A stretch of 64,000 nucleotides of DNA from a virus (lineage: Duplodnaviria > Caudoviricetes): the IMG/VR virus record IMGVR_UViG_2884546135_000003, positions 1,708-65,707 of that record; one strand, given 5' to 3'. This document shows positions 35,412 through 44,520 of the stretch, piece by piece (positions within the stretch are counted from its first letter, which is position 1; each line of letters opens with the position of its first letter). Below the pieces are notes generated by a model. That model was not told where the DNA came from. It made no database searches and saw only the letters and a list, made by a program, of their open reading frames with translations. The translations under genes were made by a program, and so were the position numbers.

Positions 35412-35423
35412 CTGCTGCCGCGA

Positions 35424-35765
35424 CTACTGTGGCACAGGTTTTCCTATTTCATCGTATAGCTGCACAACACCGTTGTCGCCATCATACCACGCGGCGATGA
35501 TCAGTCCCTCGCATTCGATCCTGCGCGCATTAAAACACCGTCCCTTGATCCACCAGCCGCATGACTTCTTGCGGAACTCGTGTACATCGATTGGAACTGA
35601 GCCCTTTGGAGATTCAGGGTTTTCCCAGTTGATATCCAAGTCTCTGGCGACAGGCACGCGCACGAAGTCTTGCCCATCTGAAAACGAGTGCGCTGATTCG
35701 GCGAGAACTCCGCGCAGATAATCCGCGCGCTCGATGTTTTCCTGGGTTGCTGCTTCAGTCAGCAT
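35424..35765 (-). CDS. Hypothetical protein
   Basis: Coupled to the primase 3' end. Confidence 0.5.
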   Translation of the reverse strand: MLTEAATQENIERADYLRGVLAESAHSFSDGQDFVRVPVARDLDINWENPESPKGSVPIDVHEFRKKSCGWWIKGRCFNARRIECEGLIIAAWYDGDNGVVQLYDEIGKPVPQ

Positions 35766-37932
35766 CCCTGTGCCTCTCTGCATATCCCGCACTCCTCACG
35801 TATTCCGCATTCTTGCGGCTGAGCTCGTCCTTCTCCGCCACAACGGCAAGCTCGCCGGAATCAAGCCATGCCTTTAAGATCATGCCGCATTTCTTGCGTG
35901 TGGCTTTATCGTCGGAGTCGAGACCGAGCGAATAAGCGATCGCATCGCCGGCCCAGTCTTTGGCCTGGGCGCCGCGCTTGTATGCCCCGTTATCGAGAAG
36001 AACCTTCACGGCCGGCAGCTTCTTGGCGTGCTCCGCCGCGATGTCTTCCGCTGTTGGCCATGCCCAGTCTGTGACAACCGGTGCGTGATCCTGGGGCTTT
36101 GCCAGGCCCTCCCCGTTCCCGAGCCCGACAGACTCCATCTTCCGCCAATCCAGCTTGCTTGAGAGCGGTGTCAGGTTGGCCTTGCCGTAGGTGATGGAGA
36201 AGTAGCCGTTCTTGTCGTCCACTCCAGCTGATGCGGCCTGATCCGGCGACATGCGATTCAGAACCCGCACCGAGCGCGCCGCGCCGATCAGGGATACAGC
36301 TCCACGAGCATCGTCAACCGTTGCCTCACGATCCGCGACCTTGCGCAGGTGGTGCACGATGTCGATTGAGCAATTCGTGCGATCCGCGATGTGCGCCCAG
36401 AGCTTGGCCACCTTGTCGATCGCGCCATTGTCGTTCTCATTGACGCCGTGGGTCGAGACAAACGGATCCACGATCATGACATCAATGCCGTGCCTCGTTA
36501 TCTGTTCCACAACCGCCTCGACGATCGGCTCGATGATCCTGACGCCTGACTTCTTGTCTTCAATCGCGACGACGAGCTCCTGCTCGCGACCCGTATCGAC
36601 GAAAAGCTGTCGCTCCAGGTCGCTAGGTCTGATCCTGTAATGGATATTTGCCGCAGCAATACGCCTGTCGAGCTCGTCGCGGGGGTCCTCAGCATTAAAA
36701 ATCCACACTTTGGCCCGCTTCTCCGGCTTGACCCCGCAAAGCTCGCGACCCGTGGCCATGGCCAGCGCCTCGACAATGCTGTTGCTGGTCTTGCCAAGGC
36801 CGCCAGGCGCAACCGTGACGCTGACGTATTTGCGGATGTAGTGCTTGCCGAACAGGAATTCGCGCCGCGGGAGTTTTGTCGGATCCTTCCATTCAAACGG
36901 CGTCGCCAGGATTAGAGGCGGCTTGGCCTCTGGCTCGTCTGTCTTGGTAGCCGGTGCGTCCTTCTTGCGCAAACCGCTTTCGATCATGCGCGAGATGTCG
37001 ACCAGCCGCGTGTTGTCCTCCGGAACGCCAGTCGGTGCCGGAATGGATCGTGGATGTTGCGCCCCGTCTTTCAAGCCGCGGCTGATCGTGCCTTTTGACT
37101 TCTGGAAGTTGGGCCACTGTCGCGCGATCGCCTCGAGGTATGCTCGTGCGTTAGATTCGCTGACGACGCCGGCACCGACGAACTGCCCCAGGCAGAACGA
37201 AGCGTCATTCAGCCTGTTGTTGCGCGTGCCGGGAGGTGCTGAAGCGAGGTCAGCAAGCTCAGCGTCGATCGCGGCCTGTACATAGGTCGGATTCTCCTGC
37301 GGAGGTAGCGAGGTGGTCGTTGGCTTGGTTGCCGGCGCTGCTGCCGGCGTGTCAGCTCTGGGCAATACGATATGGAGCAACCATTCCGGAGCGTCAGCGA
37401 TCTGCGACAGACCAGGCGAGTCCTCGTACCAGTCGTATTCCGCCCCGCTTGCCAACTTGCTGCCCGGCGCGATGATGTAACCGCCCTCGCCTCGCACATC
37501 GAGGCCGTCGCCCATCTCGCCGCGGTTTCGAACCCCGGAGACGTGCTTGAAAAGGTAGTGCGAGCCACCACCAGCTGTCTTGCCGCGCGCCGTGTCTGGC
37601 AAGGCGCCGTGTTCGGACTCGAGCTCAGCCAGAGACGCGTCGCCATTCTTGCCGTGCTTGTTGTCAACGTCGAGCACCCACAGCCCTGACTTTTCCCCCG
37701 TGGGTATGCCGATCATGGCGTCGGGATGCCGTTCCCACAGAGTCCTAATGATCCGCTCGTTGGTCGTAGCACCCTTAAAGCCGTTGCTCGTAAGTGGTGT
37801 TTTTTCCTCGAGCGTGATGAATTCGCCGGTATCCGGGTCTACCTGGTCAGTCGTCTCAGCAGCTGCTCTGCAGGGGAAAACCGGAATTCCCTTCGATGCG
37901 TATTCCAGCGCGAGATCAAGCGGTGTTGTCAT
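35755..37932 (-). CDS. Bifunctional primase-polymerase fused to an AAA_25/RepA-like helicase
   Basis: VFPC, GIPTG...LWVLDVD, T..GG.H..F, DVRGEGGYII (Prim-Pol); APGGLGKTS, IVDPFV, IVHH.RK (helicase). Confidence 0.92.
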   Translation of the reverse strand: MTTPLDLALEYASKGIPVFPCRAAAETTDQVDPDTGEFITLEEKTPLTSNGFKGATTNERIIRTLWERHPDAMIGIPTGEKSGLWVLDVDNKHGKNGDASLAELESEHGALPDTARGKTAGGGSHYLFKHVSGVRNRGEMGDGLDVRGEGGYIIAPGSKLASGAEYDWYEDSPGLSQIADAPEWLLHIVLPRADTPAAAPATKPTTTSLPPQENPTYVQAAIDAELADLASAPPGTRNNRLNDASFCLGQFVGAGVVSESNARAYLEAIARQWPNFQKSKGTISRGLKDGAQHPRSIPAPTGVPEDNTRLVDISRMIESGLRKKDAPATKTDEPEAKPPLILATPFEWKDPTKLPRREFLFGKHYIRKYVSVTVAPGGLGKTSNSIVEALAMATGRELCGVKPEKRAKVWIFNAEDPRDELDRRIAAANIHYRIRPSDLERQLFVDTGREQELVVAIEDKKSGVRIIEPIVEAVVEQITRHGIDVMIVDPFVSTHGVNENDNGAIDKVAKLWAHIADRTNCSIDIVHHLRKVADREATVDDARGAVSLIGAARSVRVLNRMSPDQAASAGVDDKNGYFSITYGKANLTPLSSKLDWRKMESVGLGNGEGLAKPQDHAPVVTDWAWPTAEDIAAEHAKKLPAVKVLLDNGAYKRGAQAKDWAGDAIAYSLGLDSDDKATRKKCGMILKAWLDSGELAVVAEKDELSRKNAEYVRSAGYAERHRDAD

Positions 37933-39236
37933 GCTTTTCCTTGGGAGCGGTCAGGTAGCGAACGAAATGCCAGGCGCGGCCGTCGTGGCTGTAAATGGCG
38001 CAAACGTCTGGATCGGTGGCCAGATCCGCGCCGTAGAAAACAGGGATGCCCGGCTCGAGCTTTGGTAGTGCTGCCGCAGCTGGAATGACTGTGGCGCAGA
38101 GCAGGAGTTGGCGACGGGTGAGAGTCATCCGACCTCGATGCTATCGAGCATGATGTCGATGATTTCATTGACTTTCACAGACGCAGTTTCATCCCCGTGC
38201 CGCAGGGCGAAAAGCCTGCTGTAAAGCGATTTGTTCTTAACTAGGGCCTTTGCCTCCGCAAGAGACAGACTCCGGTCTTCCCGCGCTTCCTTGACATCTT
38301 TCGCATCCACGAATTGCCCTCGCGCCAATGGGTGCATGACCATCACATCACCCTCACATAGTTCATTGCTGACATGACATAGGAGCGCACGTCACTCCTG
38401 CGCGCCTGGTTAGCCTCCGCCAGAGCCGCGCGAAGTGCGCGAATTGCTGAAGGCTTGTTGCGATCGAGGATGGCAGCGCGGGCTGTCTGGAGGTGGTGTT
38501 TCATCACACGCCCTCCGGCCGCTCGACGAGGCTGTCTTCCCAGTCCGTGGTGCCGCGGGTGTAGGAGGTGAAGGAGTCGGCCCGGATAGCGTAGTCGCCA
38601 GTTCCCCAATAATGCTCTTGGCCAAAAGGCTTGCTTCTGAATACGTGCGAATCCCCACTCTTATCCCGCGCCATCCACTTGTATTGCGGCGCGACGTGCG
38701 ACCAGTCGATGCTGTCAGGCACAACCGGTTTCACGCGGTACTCATAGGAGTACCAGTCGAACGTTGGCGCCTCATCCTCGTGCCACTCCGGCCGAAGCGT
38801 GCCACGGAAGCACCATTCCACTTCGGCACCATCGGCATAGGCCTGCATCAACTCTGCGGCTTTCCGCGCCTCATCTCTGGTCATCGCTGTTTCCCTTTCC
38901 GGCGCCTGCGCCGTTCAATCTGTCTTGCTCATCGAACAGCCGCGCGTAGAACGCCAACGGCGTGAGATCGTAAAGACGAGACATTCCATCTCGGCTATCG
39001 CGTGGCACGTACCGCAAGAAGTCATCGCGGTAGCGCTCGTAGTGGGTTTTCATGCCTCAAACCTTTGCCCCATCCTTGCGAAGCGCCTCCCGGTAAACCT
39101 CTTTGGCTTCCTCGGTCAGTCGATCGCTCTTGATGGCCTCGCGCCAAACGAACTGACGCGCATTCCTCGGTGTCTCCGCCAACATTGCGGTGACATTTTC
39201 CTGAGCTTCTCTCTCGGTCATTTTCTTAAACATGAT
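37916..39236 (-). other. Run of six small coupled hypothetical genes (about 37916-38128, 38125-38346, 38343-38504, 38504-38884, 38871-39053, 39057-39236)
   Basis: Tightly packed co-oriented ORFs, several with overlapping stop/start codons, behind the operator at 39276. Confidence 0.55.
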
Positions 39237-39275
39237 GCTCTCTCCAAATCTGTTACAAGCATTCTGCACTGTTTT

Positions 39276-39288
39276 ACAAATTTGTCAA
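39276..39288 (-). promoter_or_regulatory. Operator/promoter of the primase operon
   Basis: Minus strand CTTGAC-N17-CAGAAT with ACAAATTTGT. Confidence 0.75.
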
Positions 39289-39293
39289 GAGAG

Positions 39294-41063
39294 TCATGTT
39301 AAATTTGTTTCCGGCATGAGTTGAGACAACCTTCTGCCCAGCCAAACAAACTTCGGGACTGCCCACGAATTCCCGAGCGCCTTATACCTGGGGCCATCCG
39401 CAGCCATGAGCCACCACTCACCGTCTAGCAGTTCCCACATGTCTTCCGGCCGTGTTTTGGTGACCTTCTTGGCATCGTATCGCTTCATCGGAATTCGGGT
39501 GTAATTGTCCGGAAAGCCCTGCAGACGCTCGCACTCTTTCGGTGTCAGTCTGCGAACTCTGGCTCCAATGGCGGCGGCCAGATGTCCGCCTCCATTCTGG
39601 TGGCTATCAGTGTGACCCATAGCCCTCAGTGTCGATGCGATCTCGCCAACGCCAAAACCGCTCTGGCCGGATGCTTTGCAGTCGAAACTCAAGACGTGCG
39701 GTTTATCACCACCGCCTTGGCTGGCTCGAAGTGCTGTCGCGACATCGCCACCAAGTTCAGCAGTAGCTCCACCATCTCGCCCACGAATAGCAACGCTTTT
39801 GGCAACAATAGGCGTGCCACGGCCTGAGCCATCTTCGCTTGCATCCGCACCTTCAGCCTTCAAGGTATGAGCAACGTTACCAGTGACACCAACCGCCAGC
39901 ATGGTTGTCGTTTCGTAGTCGAGCGAAGAGCCTTCGCGCGTTGCGACGCAACGCGCGAGATCTGGTGCATACACCGCCAACGATTCATGACTATCCTGCT
40001 CCCTGGCTCGTAGCGGCCCGACACCTTCGCGCCAATAGCCATCACCAGAGCTTCCGAAGCATGCGACAACAGGATCTTGCCCTCTGGTATCTCCCGGCCG
40101 CTCTACTCCGCGGCCACTGCTAACAAGGCTTGGCGCAACATCTGTGGCAACTCCTTCCCCCGCTTCTCTGCTCGGCGGAGAATGCCGCGGCACGCAACCG
40201 GACTCAAATAGAACCTCTGCGGGATCGGCTCCCTGTCCAAAATCTGCGACAACGAGCACACGACGGCGTCGTTGGGCCACTCCGAAAAATTGTGCGTCCT
40301 TGACAATCCACGCGGCGCGTCCTTTCGGCCCATGGACCACCCCGCTGGTTGGCCACCGCGTGACATGACTCCCGAGTTCTTTGACCCATCTCCAAAATCC
40401 GTTTGACTTTCCGTCTGCTGGCTTGGGTCCGGTTGAAATGAAGGGGGCATTCGCTCCAACAAGTCCGGCAAGGAAGCACCCAAAGGCGTTACCTTTGTCT
40501 GAGAGCACTCCGACGACGTTTTCCCACACAACGTTTCGAAGTCCATTACCGTCTGTGTTGCCGAAACCAGCAAGTTCATGCGCAAGCTCCACGAATTTCA
40601 AGGTAAGGTTTCCGCGCTCGTCCTCGAGTCCGCGGCGCAAGCCTGCGACGGAAAAGGCCTGGCAAGGCGTGCCACCACACAGGATGTCAACACGGCCAAG
40701 CGTGGCGGTATCGATCTTTGTAAAATCTCCGAGATTCGGCACGGAGGGGTAGTGATGCGCCAGAACCTGAGACGGGAATTTCTCTATCTCGGAAAAGGCC
40801 ACAGCCTTCCAACCGAGCTCGCCCCATGCGACCGACGCAGCCTCGATACCGCTGCAAACCGACAGGAAGCGGAGTGGCGAACAGGTACGGGCTTCATTTT
40901 GAATTGGTTTATTCATTACCCCCCCCCGCGGGCCAGGTAGAACAAGTTGTACTTCTGAGCGAGCTTCGAGGGTGTAAGCAATTTCAGGCTGCACCCCTAT
41001 TCCGTCTGGGCCACTACTTGGATTTGTTCGTAAAGCGCCAGCCTGTATCGCGTAGGCTGTCAC
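39294..41063 (-). CDS. C5-cytosine DNA methyltransferase (main polypeptide)
   Basis: Motif I SVCSGIEA, IV GGTPCQAFS, VI WENV.G, VIII QRRRRV, X YKALGNS; GTG start at 41063 (GTGA overlap) or ATG at 40916. Confidence 0.9.
   Translation of the reverse strand: MTAYAIQAGALRTNPSSGPDGIGVQPEIAYTLEARSEVQLVLPGPRGGVMNKPIQNEARTCSPLRFLSVCSGIEAASVAWGELGWKAVAFSEIEKFPSQVLAHHYPSVPNLGDFTKIDTATLGRVDILCGGTPCQAFSVAGLRRGLEDERGNLTLKFVELAHELAGFGNTDGNGLRNVVWENVVGVLSDKGNAFGCFLAGLVGANAPFISTGPKPADGKSNGFWRWVKELGSHVTRWPTSGVVHGPKGRAAWIVKDAQFFGVAQRRRRVLVVADFGQGADPAEVLFESGCVPRHSPPSREAGEGVATDVAPSLVSSGRGVERPGDTRGQDPVVACFGSSGDGYWREGVGPLRAREQDSHESLAVYAPDLARCVATREGSSLDYETTTMLAVGVTGNVAHTLKAEGADASEDGSGRGTPIVAKSVAIRGRDGGATAELGGDVATALRASQGGGDKPHVLSFDCKASGQSGFGVGEIASTLRAMGHTDSHQNGGGHLAAAIGARVRRLTPKECERLQGFPDNYTRIPMKRYDAKKVTKTRPEDMWELLDGEWWLMAADGPRYKALGNSWAVPKFVWLGRRLSQLMPETNLT
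40103..40585 (-). CDS. Overlapping alternative-frame methyltransferase subunit (EcoHK31I beta-like)
   Basis: SEWPNDAVVCSLSQILD..PIPQRFYLSPVAC.GILRRAEKRGKELP, fully nested in the MTase gene. Confidence 0.65.
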   Translation of the reverse strand: MRMNLLVSATQTVMDFETLCGKTSSECSQTKVTPLGASLPDLLERMPPSFQPDPSQQTESQTDFGDGSKNSGVMSRGGQPAGWSMGRKDAPRGLSRTHNFSEWPNDAVVCSLSQILDREPIPQRFYLSPVACRGILRRAEKRGKELPQMLRQALLAVAAE

Positions 41064-41248
41064 CTCAAACGATCCGCCGTCTTGACTGTCACGCCGCGCC
41101 GCGAGAGCTCGAGCCCCACAGCAGCCGGCCAAATCATGGTAAAAACAGCTGCGTCGGCTACACTTTCTTGACGAGGCACCACGTCGGCACCAACAAATCC
41201 GTGCGCGAAAAGAGTCCCGGCAATCCAGAACGCGATAATGTATTTCAT
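41060..41248 (-). CDS. Small membrane/secreted protein
   Basis: MKYIIAFWIAGTLFAHG behind the CCACCACAGAAAGG motif. Confidence 0.55.
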   Translation of the reverse strand: MKYIIAFWIAGTLFAHGFVGADVVPRQESVADAAVFTMIWPAAVGLELSRRGVTVKTADRLR

Positions 41249-41286
41249 GGCAGTGGTCCTTTCTGTGGTGGTCATTCCTCGGTGCG

Positions 41287-41655
41287 TCAGAACGGCGGGA
41301 CCTGCTCCCTGACCAGGGTCCGGATCCCGTCTGAACAGCCCATCCAGGCCGTCTTCACAAGCATGCGCACCTCGAGCTCATCCATCTCGGAAAAGTCCGT
41401 CTTGCCGATCTGCTCCAGAAAGTCGCCCACCGCATCCATGCCGGCATCGAGTGCATCGACCTCGTATGGATCCAGCCGGCGCAACTGCTTCAGGGGCTCA
41501 AGGATCATGATGCACTCCGTGCAGAGAAACTTCGGGTCGCCTTTCCATGTCTCGTCTGATCGCAGCTTGACGGTGCCGATGCCGACACCGACAGAATGCC
41601 GACCACAGCAATAGCAAACAGATGGAGTGCCGTTTTCGTGTGTTGGTTCATGCAT
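41287..41655 (-). CDS. Conserved phage protein with CxxC pairs (DUF6511-like)
   Basis: C..CGR..VG, FLC..C, E..AL.AGM.AVG.FLE.IGKTD. Confidence 0.6.
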   Translation of the reverse strand: MHEPTHENGTPSVCYCCGRHSVGVGIGTVKLRSDETWKGDPKFLCTECIMILEPLKQLRRLDPYEVDALDAGMDAVGDFLEQIGKTDFSEMDELEVRMLVKTAWMGCSDGIRTLVREQVPPF

Positions 41656-42571
41656 CGACGCAGGCTCGTTTAGACATATGTGAACAAACTTTATCCATAA
41701 TTCCAAGCCTCCTTGCTGCGTTCACCGCCCCTCCCATGATTTTCTCAAATTCGGTTCTCGTCTTGTATTTCAGAGCTTCGTCTCCAATTGATTTGGCATC
41801 CCAGTAATTTAGCTTTTTCATGTGTTTGCTAAATCGTTCAACGCCTCCAAATCTTCGTGTCGCTGCTCCATATGCGCCTGGGCTTCCGCGCTGAAAACTG
41901 GTGATGGTTTTGTACTTCAGTGCCTCTTTCTGAATGTCAGGCTCGCTCCAACGAAAAGATCCTAGGGCGCCGAGAGCGCCACCAGAAACAGCGTTTAGCA
42001 CTGTGACGCCTTTTTCGGCGAGCTCCATTATAGTGGCCTTTTCTAGTTCCTGGGCGTCGGTTTCAGTGAGGTCTTCAGCCAAAATTCTCAACCTATGTTC
42101 AGAGGAGATCAGCTCCCTCACCGCACTCTTCCCGCGCCTTTTGTGCTCTCTATATCTCCGCTTCGGGTCGCAACTGAGTCCAACGTAAGCGCTGCGCCCA
42201 TCTGTGGACTCAATAATGTAAACAGATCTTGGTATCTCGTTTCTCTTCTTGTTCATATGTGAATACAACTCAGTCCTTCGGCCACTTCGTAATCCAGCCG
42301 AATACGCTGCATAATCGCCAATTCTGAATTCTTTGATGGTCTTATATTGTCGAGCCACCCTCAAAATATCGTCGAAATTCCATCTCTTGAAATTCTTTTT
42401 CATATGACCGCAGAAATATTCGATTCCAAATTCGTGCCTATATGCCGCACCGTACGCCGCGCAGTTTCCCGCTCTGAACGAATTTTTTGAATCATAACCC
42501 TTAGCTGTTGCTAAAATTTTTTCTGCAGTCCATTTAGATTTGAATGGCGCTTTTCCACTATCGCGTTTCAT
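41648..42571 (-). CDS. GIY-YIG endonuclease with flanking helical repeats
   Basis: SVYII......AYVGLS....RY.EH; repeated W....I...A..Y.T..EF units; AT-rich. Confidence 0.8.
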   Translation of the reverse strand: MKRDSGKAPFKSKWTAEKILATAKGYDSKNSFRAGNCAAYGAAYRHEFGIEYFCGHMKKNFKRWNFDDILRVARQYKTIKEFRIGDYAAYSAGLRSGRRTELYSHMNKKRNEIPRSVYIIESTDGRSAYVGLSCDPKRRYREHKRRGKSAVRELISSEHRLRILAEDLTETDAQELEKATIMELAEKGVTVLNAVSGGALGALGSFRWSEPDIQKEALKYKTITSFQRGSPGAYGAATRRFGGVERFSKHMKKLNYWDAKSIGDEALKYKTRTEFEKIMGGAVNAARRLGIMDKVCSHMSKRACVDA

Positions 42572-43161
42572 GCATAGACGAGCCTGCGCTTCAGTTGCCG
42601 TGGGTTTGCATCACTATCGACACGACGATGAAAGATCGTTCTGTCGAGCGGCGATCGGTCGAACCTGTACCAGGAGCAATTTTCTTTTCCGGCCATCTTC
42701 GTAAACGGTATCCAGATGAGGCGACCGACTGAGACAACGTCGGTGCAATACTTCATGTATGGCTCGGATTGATCTGTGTATGCCCAATCTGAATCAAACA
42801 GCAGCCAAGTGGGCGCCAGCTGGCACAGATGCATTATGATTGGATGCAGAGAAGTCCGCGTCCATGGTGGATTTGTAATGATCAGGTCGGCACCATTCAG
42901 ATCGGCCACGGTTAGATCGAGAGCGTTCTTTTCGACGACTCCAGGGTAGCATGGGTCGATGTCGTATCGCGCAACACAGTCATGACCAGCCCGCATCAAC
43001 GGCCCGACCAAATCACCCCATCCAGCCGCCACCTCGGCGAAGCTCGCACCTTTTGGCAGATGAGGCAGGAGAGTTCTGTGGGCTCTGAGATCCTGAGTCC
43101 GGTAAAAGTCGTTGCCGACACGCTCGAAATTTGAGCGCTTACCCATGACCGCACTCATCAA
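42568..43161 (-). CDS. Amino (N6-adenine/N4-cytosine) DNA methyltransferase
   Basis: DFY.T, FAEVAAG.GDL, DIDP, IITNPPW. Confidence 0.8.
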   Translation of the reverse strand: MMSAVMGKRSNFERVGNDFYRTQDLRAHRTLLPHLPKGASFAEVAAGWGDLVGPLMRAGHDCVARYDIDPCYPGVVEKNALDLTVADLNGADLIITNPPWTRTSLHPIIMHLCQLAPTWLLFDSDWAYTDQSEPYMKYCTDVVSVGRLIWIPFTKMAGKENCSWYRFDRSPLDRTIFHRRVDSDANPRQLKRRLVYA

Positions 43162-43364
43162 TAGTCATGCAGTGACTCCGCGTATCCTCGGTTATGGTTT
43201 GCCACCCGCGGTTCGAACCTCTCCGCAACCTCCCTGATCGCGGACTTTCGGCCAGACTGGAATGCTTTCCGAAGCGCCTCTGCTATAGCCGGCTCGAGCT
43301 CAGAGATGCCACCGCTGAGAATTCCGGCCTTTCCCCACGCCCAATCTTTGTTCTCAGTCGTCAT
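43158..43364 (-). CDS. Hypothetical protein
   Basis: Coupled ORF. Confidence 0.45.
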   Translation of the reverse strand: MTTENKDWAWGKAGILSGGISELEPAIAEALRKAFQSGRKSAIREVAERFEPRVANHNRGYAESLHDY

Positions 43365-43578
43365 CCGGCTTCCTTGTACTGATCAGGTTGACGCGCCTGG
43401 ACGAGACCCCACAGGGCTTCCAGCTGCTTGTCGCCGAGTTTCAGGATGAATGTGGTTATGTCGTCGTTGAAGCGAGACCACGCCTTGCTGTTGCCCCGCG
43501 CTATGACACCAGCCTCTTCGAGTTCCCAGAGGCTCAAGTTGTGGAGGATGGCGACAGCGTTTCGGAAACTCCGTACAT

Positions 43579-44328
43579 TCACCGCGCCACCTTCCTTTCC
43601 GTGATCTTGAACCCGTCGATTTCGCGTGTGCCTGCGCGCGCCGCGGCATTCGCCATGTTCAGCGCGACCTCTTCGAAACTCTCCGGTGCTTTTGCGTAGG
43701 CCCAATCCAACGCCTTGCCGATGTCTGTGATTTCGACATCGCAGACAGTTCTAAGTCCTGTGCCGGTTTCGGCCGCTCTGCCCCAGCGTTTCGCTGTCTT
43801 CTCGAGGCTCTTGGCGTGCGCCAGCTGCTCTTCAGCAACGACGCGATCTTCCAGATTGCCGCGGCTGTCGCGAATCTTAGCTTCGGCTTCCGCCTTCTCT
43901 TTGGCGGCAAGGTCTGCGGCACGCTTCGCCTCGGCCTCTTTCTCGCGCTGCAGCTTTTCACGCCACGGCGTCAGGAGTTCCTGGCATGCCTTCTTGCCCA
44001 GAACCACGAGACCTTTTTTGGTCTTGGTATCGGCCAAGAGCGGCGCATACTTCTCCTGGATTTCCTTCACCTTGTCGTCGAGAGGTTTCTTCTCTTTGAC
44101 GCGCAGATCCTCGGCTTCCTTGCCGGCCTTGTGCAGATCGTCGTGAACCTTCGTCACGTAGTCCGCGATGTCCTGATTGTCGATCGACTCGCCGTCACAG
44201 GCATTTTTCGCCTCTTCGAAAAGGTCTTCAATCTTCTTCTTGACCGTTTCGAACGTGTCTTCAGGCGCGCCGTTGTGGCCGATGCCGGGCTCGGCTTGCT
44301 GGGCTGCGTCTTTCTGGGCGGCCGTCAT
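43579..44328 (-). CDS. Conserved coiled-coil phage protein
   Basis: IGHN start, K.EKKPLD, GLRT, IDGF.I..RKVA patterns. Confidence 0.65.
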   Translation of the reverse strand: MTAAQKDAAQQAEPGIGHNGAPEDTFETVKKKIEDLFEEAKNACDGESIDNQDIADYVTKVHDDLHKAGKEAEDLRVKEKKPLDDKVKEIQEKYAPLLADTKTKKGLVVLGKKACQELLTPWREKLQREKEAEAKRAADLAAKEKAEAEAKIRDSRGNLEDRVVAEEQLAHAKSLEKTAKRWGRAAETGTGLRTVCDVEITDIGKALDWAYAKAPESFEEVALNMANAAARAGTREIDGFKITERKVAR

Positions 44329-44453
44329 TGCACCCACCCGCTTTTTGCAGCTGCGATGAACAGCGGAACAATCAGCACGAGCCCGAGCAGCAGGCCGTAA
44401 CCGAACTGCTTCAGCGCCCAGCCGAGCGAGAGATCGTCTTCCTGATCAAACAT
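44325..44453 (-). CDS. Small membrane peptide, not in the ORF track
   Basis: MFDQEDDLSLGWALKQFGYGLLLGLVLIVPLFIAAA; ATGA coupling to the next gene. Confidence 0.45.
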   Translation of the reverse strand: MFDQEDDLSLGWALKQFGYGLLLGLVLIVPLFIAAAKSGWVQ

Positions 44454-44507
44454 GAGAAACCCCGTGTGGTGTGGTGGTGGTTTGGTCTACGCAGTATGCA
44501 TATTTTT

Positions 44508-44520
44508 ACAAATTTGTCAA
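44508..44520 (-). promoter_or_regulatory. Operator/promoter overlapping the RNA ligase stop codon
   Basis: Minus strand CTTGAC-N17-CATACT with ACAAATTTGT. Confidence 0.8.
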
